A stretch of DNA of 64,000 nt, from positions 1-64,000 of IMG/VR virus record IMGVR_UViG_3300045988_168563; one strand, written 5' to 3'. Both the position numbers and the translations under genes were made by a program. Origin of the DNA: a virus. Position 1 is the stretch's first letter; every line of letters starts with the position of its first letter. The notes beneath the pieces were generated by a model, which saw only the letters and a program-made list of their open reading frames with translations, made no database searches and had not been told where the DNA came from. This document shows, piece by piece, positions 63,444-64,000 of the stretch.

Positions 63444-64000
63444 TGGCAACGTACAGAGAACTCATATCACTGATCACTGATCAGGTCAAGGGTGGCTCGG
63501 ATGACTTCAGCTTCACCGACGCACACATCGCCTTCCTCATAGACAAGTACCGCGCCCTCCTTATAGAGAAGAAGTACAATGGCAAGGACCCAGGTAGTGA
63601 GAACAAGGTAGATCTGTGCGTCAAGCTCAAGCTGAAGAGTATCGACAAGTGCAAGAACATCTTTGAGTCTGTGAGTGTCGATAAGCTACCCTCAATGATC
63701 GGTGACTACAACATCGAGGCAGGGGAGCTTACCATCAGCTCAGCTAATACAGATAGGTTCAGGCACGCCCTCTCAGGTGAGTTCGCCGCTAAGACCATCT
63801 ACGGCACTATCGGCGGTGATAGGCATCTCAAGCTCAAAGGTCTTGATCCCAGGATGAAGTACCTTAATGAGGTACGTATCACCTGCATGCCTGCATCCAT
63901 CCCTGATAGGAAGCTCCTCTGTGATCAGTCTGAGGAAGGACAGGGTGGAGAGTGCGCTGATAGCTATGACATCACCATTCCTCTTGAGGAAGGGCTAGTG
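63443..64000 (+). CDS. hypothetical structural-module protein, C-terminus cut by window edge
   Basis: TAATG overlap start at 63443 (MATYRELISLITDQVKGG...). The frame is open for 186 codons to the window end. Not in the ORF track because it has no stop in the window. Confidence 0.55.
   Translation, partial: MATYRELISLITDQVKGGSDDFSFTDAHIAFLIDKYRALLIEKKYNGKDPGSENKVDLCVKLKLKSIDKCKNIFESVSVDKLPSMIGDYNIEAGELTISSANTDRFRHALSGEFAAKTIYGTIGGDRHLKLKGLDPRMKYLNEVRITCMPASIPDRKLLCDQSEEGQGGECADSYDITIPLEEGLV

Noticed and set aside
1-64000. Recurring CCTGAGGAAG / CTTCCTCAGG strings in many hairpins and spacers
   Set aside because: The same strings are abundant inside coding regions because of heavy GAG/GAA/AGG usage in the acidic proteins. 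Without a k-mer background test I cannot claim a specific motif.
39824-64000. Stop-codon reassignment (TAG or TGA recoding), as seen in some crAss-like lineages
   Set aside because: All large late genes (762, 805, 708, 640, 653 and 520 aa) are uninterrupted in the standard code, and no suppressor tRNA was seen.
1-64000. Prophage or mobile-element hallmarks (integrase, att sites, transposase, toxin-antitoxin)
   Set aside because: None were recognised in any ORF. The window reads as part of a virulent phage genome.

Overview
The window looks like a large virulent tailed phage of a Bacteroidetes host, with crAss-like (Crassvirales-type) organisation. Host and family are inferred from gene content and from repeated exact matches to the Bacteroides -7 promoter box TAnnTTTG, here always TAYCTTTG, found almost only in intergenic DNA. 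No search was run.

Positions 1-37658 are a dense minus-strand early/replication/accessory module. It contains:
- a divergent ThyX-like enzyme
- a RepL-like wHTH protein with paired palindromic operators
- a five-member ArdA-like family
- a PD-(D/E)XK exonuclease
- a DUF1064 resolvase
- a Toprim primase
- an SSB-like protein
- a Sak4-like ATPase
- a DnaB-like helicase
- an SF2 helicase
- tRNA-Arg(CCT)
- a MazG-like enzyme
- two DUF3310 proteins
- many small paralog families

Positions 39824-64000 are a plus-strand late module. It contains TerL, portal, a collagen-like fibre, fibre paralogs, a lysis-like trio, scaffold-like protein, major capsid protein and head/neck genes. It appears to run from one promoter (39792) to one strong terminator (62478-62516).

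The most unusual content is non-coding:
- a 2.1 kb ORF-free divergent region (37659-39823) holding direct repeats
- seven tandem 92-140 bp units there, each a covarying hairpin plus a -7 box
- two tRNA-like modules in the same region
- G+C-rich structured leaders that share a repeated 21-mer (35.4-35.7 kb and 37.9-38.2 kb)
- a promoter-driven, roughly 550 nt ORF-free region next to the tRNA

A protein-level oddity is that five proteins end in an SSB-tip-like [D/C/A]-[L/I/P]-P-F tail. No integrase, cas genes, rRNA or transposase were seen. All functional calls rest on motif recognition by eye and need HMM or structure confirmation.
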